Shown: positions 58,078-64,000 of the stretch, in pieces
How positions within the stretch are numbered: the first letter of the stretch is position 1
How the letters are laid out: each line of letters begins with the position of its first letter
The notes under the pieces: generated by a model
What the model saw: only the letters and a program-made list of their open reading frames with translations
Databases searched by the model: none
Told to the model about the DNA's origin: nothing
NCBI GenBank assembly: GCA_000708835.1
Contig: DF237322.1
Location: forward strand, 26,139 to 90,138
Length of the DNA: 64,000 bases
Direction of reading: 5' to 3'
Source: Klebsormidium nitens
Lineage: Eukaryota; Plantae; Klebsormidiophyceae
Made by a program: the position numbers and the translations under genes

Positions 58078-60067
58078 ATGGCGGTGGAGTCGTCGGCCGC
58101 GGGGGACCAGGAGCTGGTGACCAAGACGCTGCAGATCGAGCACAAGCTGTTCTACCTGGACCTCAAGGAGAACCCGCGCGGGCGCTACCTCAAGATCTCG
58201 GAGAAGACCTCCGGGGCGCGGTCCACCATCATTGTGCCCATCGCGGGGGTCGTGTGGTTTGTGGATTTGTTCAATTACTATGCCAACGGCGATGACAACG
58301 ACCTCTCCAGCAAGGAGCTGCAGCTGGACACCAAGGTGCGCACAACACACCCCGCCGCGCACCGATGCACCCTGCACCCCTTGCGCAATTGTGCTGCAAT
58401 CTGTCGCCGTGCTGAATGCTGCTCTCGCGCCCGGCCAGGGTGCACTGGCTGATGTGGCTGATGCATGCTGCAGGTGTTTTACTTTGACGTGGGCGAGAAC
58501 CCGCGCGGGCGCTTCCTCAAGGTGTCGGAGGCCTCGGTGACCCGCAGCCGCAGCACCATCATTGTGCCGGCAGGGGCGAGCGGGGAGGAGGGCTGGGCCA
58601 GCTTCCGGAACGCGCTGGTGGAGGTGCACGAGGCCAGTCAAGCGCTGCCGCCACCCGCCGGGGGGCAGCCCCTGGGCCAGGTCAGTAGCCCCCCCAGCAG
58701 CGCAAGTGCGGCCCACTCCTTGCCCTGGTGCGCAGGGAACAAGCTGCTGCTCGTTCACCCTGAGAAGTCGTGATTGTCTTCCAACACCGCGCAATTGCGC
58801 GTGTGTCCACTGCCGCTTGGTCGGCCCCAGGCTGTGCTGCGTGCCTCCCGTTCGCCCTGCCTGCTGGCCAGTGCATGCGGCAACAGGGGCCCTGCAGTGC
58901 CCCGCCCAGGCTGGGGCGGCATTGCGGCAGCAGCTCGCCGCAATAAATCAGCTCGAGTGGATCATGCACAATGCACGATCGGTGCGCCCCCGCCCCACTC
59001 CTGTCCTTGTCTAGGCAGTGCCGGGGTGGTGGAGTGCTGCTCAGGGGCCAGATGACTCCAGAATGTTCCTCCTTATGTTGCAAGGGGGTCCATTTGGTCC
59101 CCGCCTGTTGGCTTGCTCCTCAATTCGTCTTGGAATTAGGGTTCAGTCATCCTGATAATTGAGAGCTTAGAGGGGCTTGGCATGTCCTGTTGTCTGGGCA
59201 CCCCGCCTAGTGACTCGTATGTGAGCCACTTTGCTGCAGCTGCGCTGCATTGCTTGCAGGGCCCCCTCCCTCGCTGCTGCCTCTGTCTCCTTGCCCCCCC
59301 CCCTCCCCTCTGCATTCCCTGCCAGCGCCCCCCTCTCCCTAACACGCCGTCTCCAGCAGCCTGCCCCTGGGGCTCCCTTTCAGCAAGGCCTGCCCCACCT
59401 GTCGTGGCCGCCTCCTGCGCGCCTCCTTTCGCATGCATCCCTGCACCCAAGGAGTCTGCCCTGGGCGCCCCTGCCCTTTCCCCCGTCTGACCTGCCTGCC
59501 TGACCCCCCTTGCAGGACGTGGCCCCCTCGTTTGCCCCGGCCTCCCCGGCTGGCCCCCCTGCCCCTGCCAGCTCGGCAGCGGCGCCGGTGCAGGCGGGCG
59601 ATGGCGCGGCAGATGGCGGCCTGAATGCGGCGCGGGTGGTGCGCGCCGAGCAGAAAAAGTTCTTCTTTGACCTTGGCAGCAACGCGCGCGGCCAGTTCCT
59701 GCGCATCTCCGAGGTGAGCCCCCCACAACCAGCGCAGGCATCCAATCGCCCGCCCCCTTCCCATTTCCTGATGACCCTCAAGCGCAAGCACCTGCTCTGC
59801 TGCCGCACGCTGCTCTCCGCCTCAGAAATGTACAGCAGTGGCGCGTGGGCAGCGCCTTGAGGCGCACGTGTGGGGCCTGGTGTGCAGGTGACGGGGGCGG
59901 ACCGGTCAGCCATCATTCTGCCCGCGTCCAGCCTGGAGCAGTTCCACGAGACGCTGGGCCAGTTCGTGGAGATGGTCAAGAGCGCCGGCATCTCGTCAGG
60001 GGCCAGTGTCGCAAACGTGCGCACCATCGCCCCCCCTCGGAAACGGGCGGACGGAGGGACTGCCTAG
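58078..60067 (+). CDS. PURA1: PUR-alpha single-stranded nucleic-acid binding protein with three PUR repeats
   Basis: ELVTKTLQIEHKLFYLDLKENPRGRYLKISEK | VFYFDVGENPRGRFLKVSE | RAEQKKFFFDLGSNARGQFLRISE | VTGADRSAIILP...GGTA*. Confidence 0.95.
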
Positions 60068-61799
60068 CGGCAGGCGGCCCGGTGTGGGCAGGATGGGGGG
60101 CGGGCATGGAGAGGCAGGTGTTCGCAAGGGTGGGGGCGGAGGCAGTGGCCCCGGGGATCCAATGTGGGGTGCTGAGTGCGGCGAGGGAGTGACGTGTGGG
60201 ACTAGGGTCCAGGCTAGGTGTGACAAGTAGGGTTTGAGGTTGGATATGGTTTGGTGAGAGGTCGGGGGTGTTTGGTTTATTTCAAGTGGTGTGTTTGCAC
60301 GGAACGCCTGATGATGGCAACCTTGGAAAGGGCGGACGTTTATGCCCAGGGGCGCAATCAATAGGTGTATTGGTGTAGGTCGTGCTGGGGCCGACAAGCA
60401 GCATCTGCCCAGTTTTGGCCAAAGGTGGAGCAAGCGAAAACCTGGATGAGCATAGGCGTGTGCGTTTGGTATTCCCACATCAAATAAAGTGTAGCAATCG
60501 TCTGTAAGAAGCGAAGTTGCTGCAACCCAATACCGTAGTAGGTACACGCAGAATCCCAATATCGTACAGTTTGAAGAGGCATCCTTCAATGCGATTTAGG
60601 GGAAGTTTTGAGGATTGAAGTGACGCCCAGTCAAGGTGTGTGCAAACGTCGTCTTCGACCCTCCTTCGACAATGGCATTTCGTTTTTTCGAGCTCAATTC
60701 TTCTGGACTTCTTTGCATGCATTGCAATCGTCCACAATTGTTGCTACAAGTTTTCCTCACATTTGCTAGTGTGTCGTTTGCATGTGCCATTGTATGCATT
60801 GGCCTTCTGACTTGCTTGCCAGTTTGCGTTATGTTTACTTGTGTGCAGAACCTTGGACTCCTGCATGAGTTTATCAGTAACTAAGATGGCATGTCCAAAT
60901 CACAGCATACGTTGCATATTCATAGGGTACATGCTGGAACCACGTGTTTTTGCTTTGCACCTTGGATTTGACATCGTCCACAAGAGAGTTACAAATAAAA
61001 CTTTATTCTTTAAGCAAGGGAATAAACGATAATCGATCATTTATCCTTTATTCCAGGCACGTAACATGTTTTATAGTTGTGCATTGGGCCGATCATCTAT
61101 CATATGATTCAAACGGGACCAACAACTATCATGACTTGAAGCCATGTGGCAATTGTTGCTCATGCATGATCAATCTGAGTTTGTATCGTAGAATCAGATA
61201 CTGAATAGGGAAGCCTTCATGCAGAAAGAACGAGAGTTGACGCTGTTGACACGATAGTAGCAGAAGGCCGCGGAATTGACCCCAAAGGCAGGCTGCGTTT
61301 GGGATGCGTAGGCATCCAGCAGTTTGGAAGGCGGGCACTGAGTTTTCAACATGCAAAATGTGCCAATGTATACTTATAGTGTCGGAGGGTAGCATTGGTA
61401 GTAGACTCGGAGGAAAATAAGCAGCGGATTCAGCAGCGATCGGACCCAGGAGTCTGGAATGCATCAAAATTTCTAGGCAATTTGGTAAGACAACGGCAAA
61501 AAACTTACAAAAGCTTCAAGTTACTGAAGGAAGGCCGGACAAGTTTGAGAGAGAATTGCACATGCACATGCATGGCAAGATAGTCGGAGCAATCGTCTGT
61601 CTGCATGCAAATGTTCATTGGGTCCGGTTGACATGCAATGCTCCGGGGCCAGCCAGCCCCCCGTCACTTATGGATTCAATCTAGCTACTCAAGCTTGAGC
61701 CGATCGATGCATCAAGAACACAGCGGGCGCGGATTTGCTTATAATTGCATGCAAGGATTGGAATCAATTTTGACATGCTATACACTTGAAATTGGTTTT

Positions 61800-62592
61800 C
61801 GCGTCATTGCACCGACAATGACTGACTGGGACGAATGGTTGTCGAGAGCCAATTCGCCTATAATAACTCCTACCACGAAGGCATCCGTGATACACCGTTT
61901 CATCTGGTCCTTGGTCGTCATCCTCGCACTCCCTTGGGTGTGACGACTTCGGATAAGCGCCCTTCTGACGCCTCTGCTTTTGTCGAGCGTCTGCAATCTC
62001 TGCATGACCGCGCACGCCGAAGGTCTGATTGCAGCTCGACAGAGACAAAACGCATTTGCGGATAAAAAGCGCGTCGAGAAGACGTACGCTGTCAAGGACC
62101 AGGTATTTCTGAGTACCAAGACTCCTGATTCTGAAGCACGCGGACTCGCGAAGCCGCAAGCTGACGCCGCGTTGGGTGGGTCCCTTTACTGTCGTGCAAA
62201 CTGAGGTGGGTTCTCTAGCTTATAAATTAGAGATGAATCCGGGGTGGCGTGTTCACCCCGTTTTCCACGTGTCTCTTCCAGAGCCATACCGCTCTGATGG
62301 GCGGACCCAACCCCCACCTATTCCAATTGAGTTGGAAGGTCATCTGGAATATGAGGTCGACTGTATACTAGACCACCGTTTCTCTGATCGAAAATGGGAA
62401 AACCTCTGGTATATCTCATTCACTGAAAGGGTTATGGGCCAGAAACATAACTTCTGGAAACCCGAAGGTAATGTCGCGAACGCTCCTGAGGTAGTGGGAG
62501 AGTACTGGCAACGGATTGGACGAGCTGCCGGCATAGGAGCTGCCCCAGCTGTACCAATTCCTCGAGAAACGCGCGTTCGGCGGAACCGCTAA
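61800..62592 (+). mobile_element. Decayed, 5'-truncated Ty3/gypsy chromovirus remnant (integrase C-terminus, GPY/F motif, chromodomain)
   Basis: Frameshifted pieces: PTMTDWDEWL, QFAYNNSYHEGIRDTPFHLVLGRHPRTP, RQNAFADKKR...YAVKDQVFLSTK, GPFTVV..VGSLAYKLEMNPGWRVHPVFHVSL, YEVDCILDHR...HNFWKPEGNVANAPEVVGEYW. Confidence 0.9.
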
Positions 62593-62899
62593 ATCTCCTC
62601 TCGTGACTCATAGTATGCTGGTTGGGCATACCAACTGTACTGTGGTTACTATACTACTGGAGGCTGCTCTGTAACTGAATCTGTGTCTCTCTGACTTTTC
62701 TATAAAGTTCTGATACATTCTGACAATCTGGTCAAAACTCTAACGTCACACTCTGATACAACTGTGACGGTCTCACGATCTGTAACTCTACTACTGAGTG
62801 AAACACCTCTGTGTTCTTATCATTCTGATCTTTAATGTCAATATGATCTGTCGATTTTTGCAATCCACAGATCACGGAGACCCCCCGGGGGCCCCCCCC

Positions 62900-63115
62900 G
62901 AGAAGAGGCGAGTGTTGCAATCCGTGTGGCATCTACATTTGGACGGCCTCGTATCAATTCTGTTCGGCATGCAAGACTTATCCAATAGGGTAGTCGAATA
63001 TCTGTTCTGAACCTCTGTTCTAAATATTCTGAGCCACATTCATTTGTCGCTTCAGTCTAGTTGTCACCTGCACATGGGTACTGTCATAGCTACCCAATAC
63101 GTCATATTTTCAACA
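62900..63115 (+). mobile_element. Putative polypurine tract and 3' LTR of the Ty3/gypsy remnant
   Basis: GAGAAGAGGCGAG (62900-62912) immediately precedes TGTTGCAA. A candidate end TTTCAACA at 63115 gives TGTTG...CAACA termini and a length of about 203 bp. No second LTR copy in the window. Confidence 0.45.
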
Positions 63116-64000
63116 TGATACGCGAATTTAAGAGTAATGTTTCTCGAAACATTGATACCGCTTGAATACGGCCAAAATACGCGGAAAAAAGAAAATAATC
63201 CAAAATAATCCAAAACAATTCATGTAAAATTCGAAATAGGTATCGAGAGCGCCATATAGCATTCATTTCATGCATTTTGATCATCGCAAGGCAACATTCC
63301 TCTTAAATCACTCAGATAAAGTGGTTTATAAGACGGAAATGTGTCAAAAGCGTGTGAAGCTCTGAATGGTAACGGCTCTGACGTCATAACGTATCTCCCA
63401 CGTATTTGAAAAGCTTCAAACATTGATACTTCAAAATTCGCGTATTGTCCTTCTCGCGCAAAATACCCGTATTACGTATCGGATAACTATGGGTGCTGTA
63501 TATGTGTACTACCGGTCACGTGTCATATCTGATGTACGCATGGCAGTCGGCGCGCGTATTGGACGCGACGACTCTGCCACTCACACATGACACGAATGCA
63601 TCTTACTAGATAATGATGCACAACCGGATGACTCGACTTAGCTATGTCAAGACTTATCCACGCGGCCAAGTCTCATGTACTGATTACTGTGTTCGACTGA
63701 GTACCCGATACGAATGCCAACCTGGGCATGTAGTACTGTGACGTCTGCCCTAAAAGCCTCAGCTATAAAGCGGCAATACGATCAGAGAACGAAGCGGAAA
63801 CTCTGTCGCCTATGCAGCAGCCATAGAAAACCTGGAAGCGCCCTCTTGCAGAAACCAGAGTTCTGTGTTCTATGCTGAGTTTCGCTTCCCCTTCCCCTTT
63901 AGGTGCCAGCCCGCAGACCGGACTTACCCTGACTGGGTACTCGACGGGAGACTACTTCGTCAGCCAGAGACTCCAGTAGATAAGCTTAGTCACTTCCCTG

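Noticed and set aside
63900-64000. Minus-strand splice donor CAGG|GTAAGT near the window end
   Set aside because: All three frames have stops in the visible 100 bp, so no gene can be supported.

Overview
Eukaryotic, intron-rich nuclear DNA with GT-AG introns mostly 100-1000 bp and GC-rich exons. The combination of a complete class III HD-Zip (with MEKHLA), a PsbP copy, plant-type ASHH2/GOS11/PUR-alpha/HCS1 and a flagellar central-pair gene (CFAP119) points to a flagellate-stage streptophyte alga, Klebsormidium-like (inference). I assembled the genes exon by exon, in this order: cystinosin (5'-truncated), a small mitochondrion-targeted LEA-like protein absent from the ORF track, an Aa_trans amino-acid transporter, CFAP119, GOS11 Qb-SNARE, HD-Zip III, EFTUD2/Snu114, a CAX Ca2+/H+ exchanger, a deleted and frameshifted PsbP pseudogene, RFC2 (with a candidate U12 intron), HCS1 biotin ligase, an ASHH2/Set2-like H3K36 methyltransferase, PUR-alpha, and a decayed chromodomain Ty3/gypsy remnant. 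Non-coding DNA shows DNA-transposon activity: a 579-bp hAT MITE (12-bp TIR, perfect 8-bp TSD), a 1512-bp TIR element with a 7-bp flanking duplication, a dispersed repeat, and a probable excision footprint in PsbP. I found no prokaryotic system, CRISPR array, rRNA or convincing tRNA. All family calls come from recalled motifs, not database searches.
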